Source: Candidatus Latescibacterota bacterium
GTDB lineage: Bacteria; Latescibacterota; UBA2968; UBA8231
Direction: 5' to 3'
DNA: 64,000 bases
Assembly: GCA_965248265.1 (NCBI GenBank)
Contig: CBDFJF010000001.1
Span: 3,072,001-3,136,000 of the forward strand
A program made the translations under genes and the position numbers. The notes under the pieces were generated by a model. The model made no database searches and was not told the origin of the DNA. It saw only the letters and a program-made list of their open reading frames with translations. Of the stretch, positions 48,399 to 56,038 are shown piece after piece (within the stretch, counting starts at the first letter, position 1; every line of letters begins with the position of its first letter).

Positions 48399-49148
48399 AT
48401 AGCTGAACTGCCCCTCTCGTTCTGGGTTGCCGCCACTGCGGCCGTCATCCTGCTTGGCGTCGCCAAGGCCGGGTTTGGTGGTGGGGCCGGAGCAGCGGCA
48501 ACCCCGCTGCTGGCGATGACGATTTCAATAACGGACGCCGTCGCCTTGTTGCTGCCGCTTCTGATGCTGTGTGACGTGTTTTCCGTATGGCACTACCGTG
48601 GAACCTTTCACCGGCGCAGCGTCAAGTTGCTGTTGCCCGGATCGATAATCGGTGTTGCCATCGGAACGCTCTTCTTCGGCTACTTCATCGAAAATCAGAG
48701 GGTCCTTGAGGTCGGTCTCGGTGTCGTGACGCTGCTGTTCGTCGGATTTCGCCTGGCGAGTCAACGCTGGACGGCGGCGCTGCAGAGTCGGCATCCCACC
48801 GCCGCCGAAGGGGTGTTCATGGGCATGGTCTCCGGCTTCGCTTCCACCATAGCGCACGCGGGAGGACCGCCGACTACCATCTATTTGCTGCCACTGCGCA
48901 TGGCCAGGGATCTATTCGTCGGCACGACGGTGATCTTCTTCGCCGGGCTCAACTGGTTAAAGCTGGCCGCGTTTATTTTTCTCGGCCTGTTGAACCCCAA
49001 CAATTTGACCGCAGTGGCGATCTTGGCACCCCTGTCTCTGTTCAGTGTCCGCCTCGGAATCATCCTGAACAGGCACTTCTCCGATGTTTGGTTCAACCGC
49101 ATCGTCTACGTGGTACTGGTCGCGACTGGCATTCGACTGCTGCTTTAA
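48399..49148 (+). CDS. Sulfite exporter TauE/SafE family membrane protein (start codon unclear)
   Basis: The N-terminal motif FW..A..LLGVAKAGFGGG..TPLLA lies upstream of ATG 48516; HAGGPP, FVGT, NWLK. The 5' end is placed at in-frame ATA 48399. Confidence 0.8.
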   Translation: MAELPLSFWVAATAAVILLGVAKAGFGGGAGAAATPLLAMTISITDAVALLLPLLMLCDVFSVWHYRGTFHRRSVKLLLPGSIIGVAIGTLFFGYFIENQRVLEVGLGVVTLLFVGFRLASQRWTAALQSRHPTAAEGVFMGMVSGFASTIAHAGGPPTTIYLLPLRMARDLFVGTTVIFFAGLNWLKLAAFIFLGLLNPNNLTAVAILAPLSLFSVRLGIILNRHFSDVWFNRIVYVVLVATGIRLLL

Positions 49149-49154
49149 ACTCTC

Positions 49155-49183
49155 TTGACATTGGCTGCTGAGCCCGTTAGTTT
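49155..49183 (+). promoter_or_regulatory. Sigma70 promoter of the trp/aro operon
   Basis: Perfect -35 TTGACA (49155-49160), 17-nt spacer, -10 TAGTTT (49178-49183). Confidence 0.78.
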
Positions 49184-49193
49184 CCAACACGTT

Positions 49194-49286
49194 ATGGAAA
49201 AAGCAACGAACGCAGGCCGTTACCGGGTGTGGCGCTTTTGGCGAAGCGCGACAAGAGTAGGGCTGCGTCCACATACTAGACGGTAA
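49194..49286 (+). CDS. trpL: trp operon leader peptide (30 aa, MEKATNAGRYRVWRFWRSATRVGLRPHTRR)
   Basis: Two TGG codons (49230, 49239) in a short ORF lying between the promoter and the terminator upstream of trpE. It is below the ORF-track size cutoff. Confidence 0.8.
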   Translation: MEKATNAGRYRVWRFWRSATRVGLRPHTRR

Positions 49287-49314
49287 TATTCGAGACCCAC
49301 CGAATTACTTTACG

Positions 49315-49351
49315 ACCGCGGACGCACTGATTGCGTCTGCGGTTTTTTTTT
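49315..49351 (+). terminator. Attenuator (intrinsic terminator) upstream of trpE
   Basis: ACCGCGGACGCA-CTGAT-TGCGTCTGCGGT 12-bp stem (one G-U) followed by a T run to 49351. Confidence 0.9.
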
Positions 49352-49437
49352 GCGAGCCGGTGCCGCTGCCAGTGCGCCGGCCGGCGCCAGGTGCGCCGCC
49401 CCCTTACGTGGGGATTCTGCTGAGGATGGTTAATACG

Positions 49438-51027
49438 ATGTCACAGAGCAATAGCACTCAATCGGCCATCAAACCGGTGCTCGCGGATTTCCAGAATCTG
49501 GCTGGCCGGGGAAACATCGTCCCCGTGTACAAGGAAGTGCTGGCGGATACAGACACCCCCGTGTCGGCGTACCTGAAACTGCGCGGGGAGAGCGACTGCA
49601 GCTTCCTGTTCGAAAGTATTGAAGGCGGGGAGCGCGCGGCTCGTTACTCGTTCCTCGGTATTGCGCCAACCAAGGTGTTCCGCTCGCGCGGAGATCAGAT
49701 TCAGATCGAGGATCGCAAGAGCGGTGAGAGCCGGCAGTTCACCGGTGTCGCCATCGACGAACTAAAAGCGCTCATGCAGGGCGCTAAAGGGGTCCATCTG
49801 CCCGAACTTCCCCGCTTTACGGGAGGGGCGGTCGGGTACCTCGGGTACGACGGCATCCGCCTGGTCGAGGACCTTCCAGACACCTGTGAGGACGATCTGG
49901 ATCTTGACGACATGATCTTTGCCGTGTTCGACTCGATTCTGGCGTTCGACAATCTGCGTCACACGGTGTTGTTGATCGCCAATGCCGATCTGGGCGAAGG
50001 ACGCGATATTGATGTGGCCTATGCCGATGCTTGCGACCGCATCGAATACCTTGAGCAGTTGCTGGCGAGGCCGACGACGTCCACCCCCTTGCGGGGTGGA
50101 GGAACGATGCAGCCGGTGCGATCCAACATGAGTCACGACTACTATCTCAGCAGCATCGAAAAGTGTCTGGAGTACATACGCGCCGGAGACATCTTCCAGG
50201 TCGTGTTCTCGCAGAGGTTTTCCCTGGAGACCGACTGTGACCCGCTGGATATTTACCGCGTTCTGCGCACCATCAACCCATCGCCTTACATGTTCATGAT
50301 CGAGCTGGACGGATTGCACATTCTCGGTGCCTCTCCGGAAATTCTTGTGCGCGTGGAAGACGGCACCCTGGAGGTTCGTCCCATCGCCGGAACGCGGCCT
50401 CGTGGCAAGACGCCGGAAGAGGATCGCGACCTGGAAGCCGAACTGTTGGCAGATGACAAGGACCGCTCAGAGCATGTCATGCTGGTTGATCTGGGCCGCA
50501 ACGACGTGGGCAGGGTCGCCGACTACCATACCGTGGGTGTCACCGAAATGATGCTGGTGGAACGCTATTCCCACGTCATGCACATCGTCTCGAACGTGAG
50601 CGGCAAGCTCAGCCACAACATGGATTCGATCGATGCGCTGTTCGCCTGTTACCCGGCGGGCACGCTGTCAGGTGCCCCGAAGATCCGCGCGATGGAGATC
50701 ATCGACGAGTTGGAGCCGACGCGCCGCGGGATTTACGGAGGCGCCATCGGCTACATCGACTTCTCCGGGAATCTGGACACCTGCATCGCCATTCGCACGA
50801 TGGTGGTCAAAGACGGGCGCGCCCATATCCAGGCTGGCGGGGGCATCGTCGCCGATTCGCAGCCAGAAGCAGAGTACCAGGAGACCGTCAACAAGGCGAT
50901 GGCCTTGCTGCGCGCAGTGGAAATGGCATCACGGGGAAGTGTCGAGGCCTCGGGCGCAAGCATCAGCGGCCTGCAGGAGGGTAGCCTGCCGACATTCTTG
51001 AGCGTGAGTGCTACGGAGAAGAGGTGA
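49438..51027 (+). CDS. trpE: Anthranilate synthase component I
   Basis: DTDTPVSAY, LFESIEGG..ARYS, NPSPY, EHVMLVDLGRND, PAGTLSGAPK. Start at 49438 or 49426. Confidence 0.95.
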   Translation: MSQSNSTQSAIKPVLADFQNLAGRGNIVPVYKEVLADTDTPVSAYLKLRGESDCSFLFESIEGGERAARYSFLGIAPTKVFRSRGDQIQIEDRKSGESRQFTGVAIDELKALMQGAKGVHLPELPRFTGGAVGYLGYDGIRLVEDLPDTCEDDLDLDDMIFAVFDSILAFDNLRHTVLLIANADLGEGRDIDVAYADACDRIEYLEQLLARPTTSTPLRGGGTMQPVRSNMSHDYYLSSIEKCLEYIRAGDIFQVVFSQRFSLETDCDPLDIYRVLRTINPSPYMFMIELDGLHILGASPEILVRVEDGTLEVRPIAGTRPRGKTPEEDRDLEAELLADDKDRSEHVMLVDLGRNDVGRVADYHTVGVTEMMLVERYSHVMHIVSNVSGKLSHNMDSIDALFACYPAGTLSGAPKIRAMEIIDELEPTRRGIYGGAIGYIDFSGNLDTCIAIRTMVVKDGRAHIQAGGGIVADSQPEAEYQETVNKAMALLRAVEMASRGSVEASGASISGLQEGSLPTFLSVSATEKR

Positions 51028-51034
51028 ATGAACC

Positions 51035-51598
51035 ATGATCTTCGTTCTTGATAACTACGATTCCTTTACATACAATCTCGTCCAGTATTTGGGAGAGCTG
51101 GGCGCCGAGCTGCAGGTCTCTCGAAACGACAAGATCACCACCGACGAAATTGCCGCGCTCGCGCCCCAAAAAATCGTCATCTCTCCCGGTCCGTGCACTC
51201 CCAGCGAAGCCGGCATATCCGTCGATCTGGTTCGACGTTTCACTGGCGAAATTCCCATTCTTGGCGTTTGCCTGGGTCACCAGTCGATCGGCCAGGCCTT
51301 CGGCGGGGTAGTCAAGCGCGCCCCCTACATCATGCACGGGAAGACATCACAGATCAGCCATGACGGGAAGGGCATGTACAGTGGCCTGCCCAATCCGTTT
51401 ATGGCAACCCGCTATCACTCCCTGGCCGTGGAACGAGAAAGCCTGCCAGATTGCCTCGACGCTGTCGCTGAGACCGAAGATGGGCTGCTGATGGGGATCC
51501 GTCACAAGGAGTATCCAGTCGAGGGAGTGCAGTTCCATCCGGAGTCCATTCTGACGACAGAAGGCAAGAGTCTGTTGAGCAACTTCCTGATATTGTAG
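51035..51598 (+). CDS. trpG: Anthranilate synthase component II (glutamine amidotransferase)
   Basis: [31 protein letters not shown]. Confidence 0.95.
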   Translation: MIFVLDNYDSFTYNLVQYLGELGAELQVSRNDKITTDEIAALAPQKIVISPGPCTPSEAGISVDLVRRFTGEIPILGVCLGHQSIGQAFGGVVKRAPYIMHGKTSQISHDGKGMYSGLPNPFMATRYHSLAVERESLPDCLDAVAETEDGLLMGIRHKEYPVEGVQFHPESILTTEGKSLLSNFLIL

Positions 51599-51644
51599 TG
51601 TGACTGTAGAGTGACTTAGAGTGATTTGAGGGACAGAGTCAGAC
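51596..51644 (+). repeat. 10-11 bp degenerate tandem repeat (TAGAGTGAC core)
   Basis: TAGTGTGACTG / TAGAGTGACT / TAGAGTGATT, then decayed copies; starts at the trpG stop. Confidence 0.65.
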
Positions 51645-51670
51645 CAGGCAACAGGGGAGTATTGGTAACC

Positions 51671-52684
51671 ATGATACAGGATGTCATTCAGCAGCTGTTG
51701 GCCGGCAACGATCTGGATCGCGACACCGCCCGGGCGGTTATGGATCAGATCATGAGCGGCAACGCCACGGACGCACAGATTGGCGGCTTCCTGATCGCCT
51801 TGCGATGCAAGGGCGAGACGGTAGACGAAATAGCTGGATTCGCCGAAGTGATGCGGGAAAAAGCCACGCCCATCGAAGCGGGAAAGGGCACCCTGGTGGA
51901 TACCTGCGGCACGGGAGGGGATGGGTCGGGGACCTTCAACATCTCAACGACAGTCGCCTTCGTTGCAGCCGGCGCCGGGTTGACGGTCGCCAAGCACGGC
52001 AACCGCGCCATGTCGAGCCAGTGTGGCTCGGCCGACGTACTGCAGGCGCTGGGTGTCAACGTGGAGGCTGGTCCCGACCAGGTGAGTAGCTGTCTGGATC
52101 AAGCCGGAATCGGGTTTCTCTTCGCCCCCATGTTACACGGGGCCATGAAGCACGCCATCGGGCCGCGCAAGGAGCTGGCAACGCGCACGGTGTTCAATGT
52201 GCTGGGACCGCTGACCAATCCAGCAGGCGCCCGCCGTCAATTGCTGGGAGTCTACGACGCCTCGTTGACGGAGAAACTGGCCGGCGTGCTCGGGGCCCTC
52301 GGATCGGAACGGGCTTTCGTCGTCCACGGCAGCGATGGACTCGACGAGATCACCTCCACTGGACCGTCCACGGTAACCGAACTGAATGAGGGGAAGCTGG
52401 ATACGTATGAGGTCCAACCCTCTGATTTCGGATTCGACGTTGCCACGGCCGCGGATCTGAAGGGTGGCAGCGCCGCCGAGAACGCGAAGATTCTGTCCTC
52501 CGTACTCGATGGCGAGCGGGGAGCTGCCCGGGAAATCGTGGTCATGAACGCGGCTGCTGCGGTCGCCGCCGGAGGGTTGGCAAGCGACCTGAAGCAAGGA
52601 GCTGTGGTCGCTGCCGAGGCCATCGATTCAGGCAAAGCCAGGGCCGCCCTGGATACCTTGGTGTCCGTGAGCAATCAGAGTTAA
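51671..52684 (+). CDS. trpD: Anthranilate phosphoribosyltransferase
   Basis: DTCGTGGD, FNIST, KHGNR, GPLTNP, GLDE. Confidence 0.96.
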   Translation: MIQDVIQQLLAGNDLDRDTARAVMDQIMSGNATDAQIGGFLIALRCKGETVDEIAGFAEVMREKATPIEAGKGTLVDTCGTGGDGSGTFNISTTVAFVAAGAGLTVAKHGNRAMSSQCGSADVLQALGVNVEAGPDQVSSCLDQAGIGFLFAPMLHGAMKHAIGPRKELATRTVFNVLGPLTNPAGARRQLLGVYDASLTEKLAGVLGALGSERAFVVHGSDGLDEITSTGPSTVTELNEGKLDTYEVQPSDFGFDVATAADLKGGSAAENAKILSSVLDGERGAAREIVVMNAAAAVAAGGLASDLKQGAVVAAEAIDSGKARAALDTLVSVSNQS

Positions 52685-52705
52685 TCGATACGACCGTCAT
52701 CCGAC

Positions 52706-53485
52706 ATGGCCAACATCCTGGAAGAGATCGCCGCCTACAAGCGCGACTTCGTACGGCAGTGCAAATCACGCCGCTCCATGGCCGACATGCGTTCGGCCTC
52801 TGGCGATGCGCCTCCTCCGGAGGACTTCAGTGCCGCGCTGCAGGGGGACGGCATGGCCGTCATCGCCGAAATCAAGAAAGCCTCACCGTCCAAGGGCATA
52901 ATCCGGGAGGATTTCGACCCTGAGCGCATCGCCGCCAGCTACTCCGAGAACGGAGCCTCGGCGCTTTCCGTGCTCACGGACCAGGCGTATTTTCAGGGGC
53001 ACGATGACTATCTGATCAGCGCCCGCCGCATAGCCGAGTTACCGGTCCTGCGAAAGGACTTCACCATCGATCCATACCAGATCTACGAGGCGCGGGTGAT
53101 CGGGGCGGATGCGATCCTGTTGATCGTCGCCCTCATGGACGGGCAGCAGTTGGAGGACCTGATCGGTCTGAGCGGGGAGTTGGGGATGGCGGCGTTGGTC
53201 GAGGTGCACGATGACGGTGAACTGCAGCAAAGCCTGGCCAGTACGGCAGATCTGATCGGCATCAACAACCGGGATCTGCGCACGTTCGAGACCACATTGG
53301 AAACCACGTTCGCTTTGCGTCCGGCGATTCCGGATGGCGTTACGGTCGTGAGTGAGAGTGGTATCAACAGCAGCGATGATGTCGAGCGCCTGGCCGAGGT
53401 TGGTATCGACGCCGTCCTCGTCGGCGAAGCTATGATGCGCGAACCCGATCCAGGGGCCAAGCTGCGCGAATTGCTGGGAGCGTGA
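52706..53485 (+). CDS. trpC: Indole-3-glycerol-phosphate synthase
   Basis: IAEIKKASPSKG, LSVLTD, LRKDF, GINNRDL, SESG. Confidence 0.96.
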   Translation: MANILEEIAAYKRDFVRQCKSRRSMADMRSASGDAPPPEDFSAALQGDGMAVIAEIKKASPSKGIIREDFDPERIAASYSENGASALSVLTDQAYFQGHDDYLISARRIAELPVLRKDFTIDPYQIYEARVIGADAILLIVALMDGQQLEDLIGLSGELGMAALVEVHDDGELQQSLASTADLIGINNRDLRTFETTLETTFALRPAIPDGVTVVSESGINSSDDVERLAEVGIDAVLVGEAMMREPDPGAKLRELLGA

Positions 53486-53509
53486 AGTGAGAAGAAAGAA
53501 ATTGATTCA

Positions 53510-54493
53510 GTGAAAAAACGCGTGTTCTCCGGCATGCAACCCTCTGGGGAGCTGCATCTGGGCAACTACCTCGGCGCCCTGCGCAACTGGGTCGAAGAGC
53601 AGGAGGAGAACGAAAACATCTTCTGCGTCGTGGACCAGCATGCTATAACTGCAGACTACGATCCGGATCAGTTGCGTACCTCTGTGCGGCAACTCGTCGG
53701 TCTTTATCTGGCGGCCGGCCTGGACCCGGAAAAGACGACCTTGTTCGTGCAGTCGCATATGCCCGAGCACACTGAACTGGCCTGGCTGCTCAACTGCGTT
53801 ACGCCGATGGGTTGGCTTCAACGCATGACCCAGTTCAAGGACAAGTCCGAAGGTCAACGGGAGCGGGTCAGCACCGGACTGTTTACCTATCCGGTATTGA
53901 TGGCAGCGGATATCCTGCTGTACCAGGCGGACGGGGTGCCCGTGGGTGAGGACCAGAAGCAACACGTCGAGATTGCCCGAGATATCGCCCAACGATTCAA
54001 CAATCAATACGGCGACACCTTCACCGTGCCCGAGCCGATGATCAGGGGCATCGGTGCCCGAGTTATGGGGTTGGATGATCCCACCCGCAAGATGTCAAAG
54101 TCCGAGGAGGGCCGGTATCACAGTATTGGCTTGCTGGACGATCCCAAGGTCATCCGCAAGAAGTTCGGCCGCGCCGTCACCGACTCACAGAAGGAAATCT
54201 GTTTTGACCCTGCTCGGCCCGGGGTCCACAACCTGCTCACCATCTACCAGGCGTTAACTGGTGACGGGGCAGAAGCGATCGAGGCCCGTTTCGAGGGCAA
54301 GGGATACGGCGATCTGAAAGGGGCGCTCGCGGACCTCGTGATCGCAGACTTGGAGCCCCTGCAGGCACGCTACAATGAGATCGAAGCGGATCCCGGGTAC
54401 ATCGATCAGGTTCTCAGCGACGGCGCGGACAAGCTGAAACCCACGGTGACCGCCACCATGGACAAAGTCCGCCAGGTTATGGGCCTGCGTTAG
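53510..54493 (+). CDS. trpS: Tryptophan--tRNA ligase
   Basis: SGMQPSGELHLGNY, YPVLMAAD, VGEDQ, KMSKS. Confidence 0.96.
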   Translation: MKKRVFSGMQPSGELHLGNYLGALRNWVEEQEENENIFCVVDQHAITADYDPDQLRTSVRQLVGLYLAAGLDPEKTTLFVQSHMPEHTELAWLLNCVTPMGWLQRMTQFKDKSEGQRERVSTGLFTYPVLMAADILLYQADGVPVGEDQKQHVEIARDIAQRFNNQYGDTFTVPEPMIRGIGARVMGLDDPTRKMSKSEEGRYHSIGLLDDPKVIRKKFGRAVTDSQKEICFDPARPGVHNLLTIYQALTGDGAEAIEARFEGKGYGDLKGALADLVIADLEPLQARYNEIEADPGYIDQVLSDGADKLKPTVTATMDKVRQVMGLR

Positions 54494-54519
54494 GGCGGCA
54501 CTCCGAGGCGAAATAGCGA

Positions 54520-54792
54520 ATGGATATCAGTGACTGGCGCGCGCGCATCGACACCGTGGATCGCATTCTCGTAGACCTGATCAACCGACGCATGGAGTAC
54601 GCGTTGGAAATCGGCAAGATCAAAGGAGATCAAGGCCAACCGGTCAGAGACGCGGAGCGCGAACGCAGGGTATTGGCGACACTCAAACAGCACAACAAAG
54701 GCCCGGCCAGCGACGGGGCACTTGACGACATCTTTCAGCGTCTGATGGAAGAGGCGCGCCATCTCGAGGGCCCATCCACGGATGGAGAATGA
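54520..54792 (+). CDS. Chorismate mutase (AroQ/type II, monofunctional)
   Basis: R.RIDTVD..LV.LINRR..A.EIG.IK..VRD.ERE. Confidence 0.9.
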   Translation: MDISDWRARIDTVDRILVDLINRRMEYALEIGKIKGDQGQPVRDAERERRVLATLKQHNKGPASDGALDDIFQRLMEEARHLEGPSTDGE

Positions 54793-54819
54793 ACACCGCC
54801 GTGCACACTACCGAATAAC

Positions 54820-54851
54820 TGCGCGAATTGAAATGCGCGAATTGAAATGCG
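54820..54851 (+). repeat. 14-bp tandem duplication upstream of tyrA
   Basis: TGCGCGAATTGAAA twice, plus TGCG. Confidence 0.8.
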
Positions 54852-54869
54852 GTCAAACGCGGGAGCAGG

Positions 54870-55973
54870 GCGTTCTTTAATCGAGTAGCAGTCATAGGGG
54901 TCGGGCTGATCGGCGGGTCGCTCGGTTTGGCCTTGAAAAGAACCGGTTTCACTGGCCAGGTTGTTGGCGTAAGCCGGGCAGAGACCATCTCACAGGCACT
55001 CGATCTGGGTGTCATCGACGAGGGGTACTCCTATGAGGAGTTGCCGGCGGCGCTGTCCGGGGCCGACCTGGTATTTCTGTGCACGCCGATCGAACGCATT
55101 CTCGAGTTGTTGCCGCAGGTCATGTCGAACGTCATGCCGGGCACAGTGGTGACGGATGTCGGCAGCACCAAGCGGATGATCGTGGCGGAGGCAGCTCGTT
55201 GCAGTCGCGATGGGGTTCATTTCGTGGGCGGCCATCCCATGGCCGGTTCGGAGAAGGCAGGCGTGACGGCTGCTGACCCGTTCCTGTTCCAGAACGCAAT
55301 CTACATTCTGGTGCCCGATGAGGGGGAGGTGCCAGACGACAAGCACAATGCCCTGGTGGAGCTGGTGCGCACGCTGGGAGCCAAGGTCTTCCAGCTGTCG
55401 GTGGATGACCACGACGAAGTGGTCGCAGCGGTCTCGCACCTGCCTCAGATGATGGCGACGACCCTGGTGGAGATGGTTGGGGAGATGAACGAAGAGGGTG
55501 AGGGCCGGTTCCTGCCGCTTGCCGCGGGAGGGTTCAGGGACCTCACGCGCATAGCCTCGAGTCCGTTCTCGCCCGTATGGGCAGACATCTGTGCCACCAA
55601 TCGAGACCGGATTGTCGATACCATCGATCGCTACATCGACAAGCTGCGCTCGATTCGCGACAAGGTCGGCGACGCCGCTCTCGGAGATGATTTCGCGTAC
55701 GCGAACTCGGTGCGCGACCGGATTCCTCGCGATGCCAAGGGCTTTCTCCACACCTTGTTCGAGATTCTGGTAGTGGCGGAGGACAAACCCGGAGTGATCG
55801 CGGAGATCGCCTCGGTGTTGTCTGACGAAGGTGTCAACATAAACGACATCGAGGTAGTCAAAGTGCGTGAGGGCGAGGGTGGCACATTGCGGCTCGGCTT
55901 CGACAGTGACGAAGCGGCGAAGCAGGCCCTTGCATTGCTGCCGAAACTGGGATACCAGGCACGACGGCCCTGA
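54870..55973 (+). CDS. tyrA: Prephenate/arogenate dehydrogenase with C-terminal ACT domain (start codon unclear)
   Basis: FNRVAVIGVGLIGGS lies upstream of the ORF-track TTG 54927; TDVGSTK, GHPMAGSE, SHLP, RDLTRIA, ACT motif DKPGVIA. Confidence 0.9.
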   Translation, partial: AFFNRVAVIGVGLIGGSLGLALKRTGFTGQVVGVSRAETISQALDLGVIDEGYSYEELPAALSGADLVFLCTPIERILELLPQVMSNVMPGTVVTDVGSTKRMIVAEAARCSRDGVHFVGGHPMAGSEKAGVTAADPFLFQNAIYILVPDEGEVPDDKHNALVELVRTLGAKVFQLSVDDHDEVVAAVSHLPQMMATTLVEMVGEMNEEGEGRFLPLAAGGFRDLTRIASSPFSPVWADICATNRDRIVDTIDRYIDKLRSIRDKVGDAALGDDFAYANSVRDRIPRDAKGFLHTLFEILVVAEDKPGVIAEIASVLSDEGVNINDIEVVKVREGEGGTLRLGFDSDEAAKQALALLPKLGYQARRP

Positions 55974-56038
55974 ACGGGAAGCCATGGCAGCGATCAAATG
56001 GCAGTGATGAATGAGATGGCAATAACCGGGTTATCGAG

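Noticed and set aside
49194-49351. T-box or other riboswitch explanation for the trpE leader
   Set aside because: No T-box consensus (AGGGTGGNACCGCG) before the terminator, and the leader is short; the Trp-codon ORF explains the structure better.
54820-54851. ATTGAAA-ending repeats resembling CRISPR repeat 3' ends
   Set aside because: Only two adjacent 14-bp copies, with no spacer and no cas genes.
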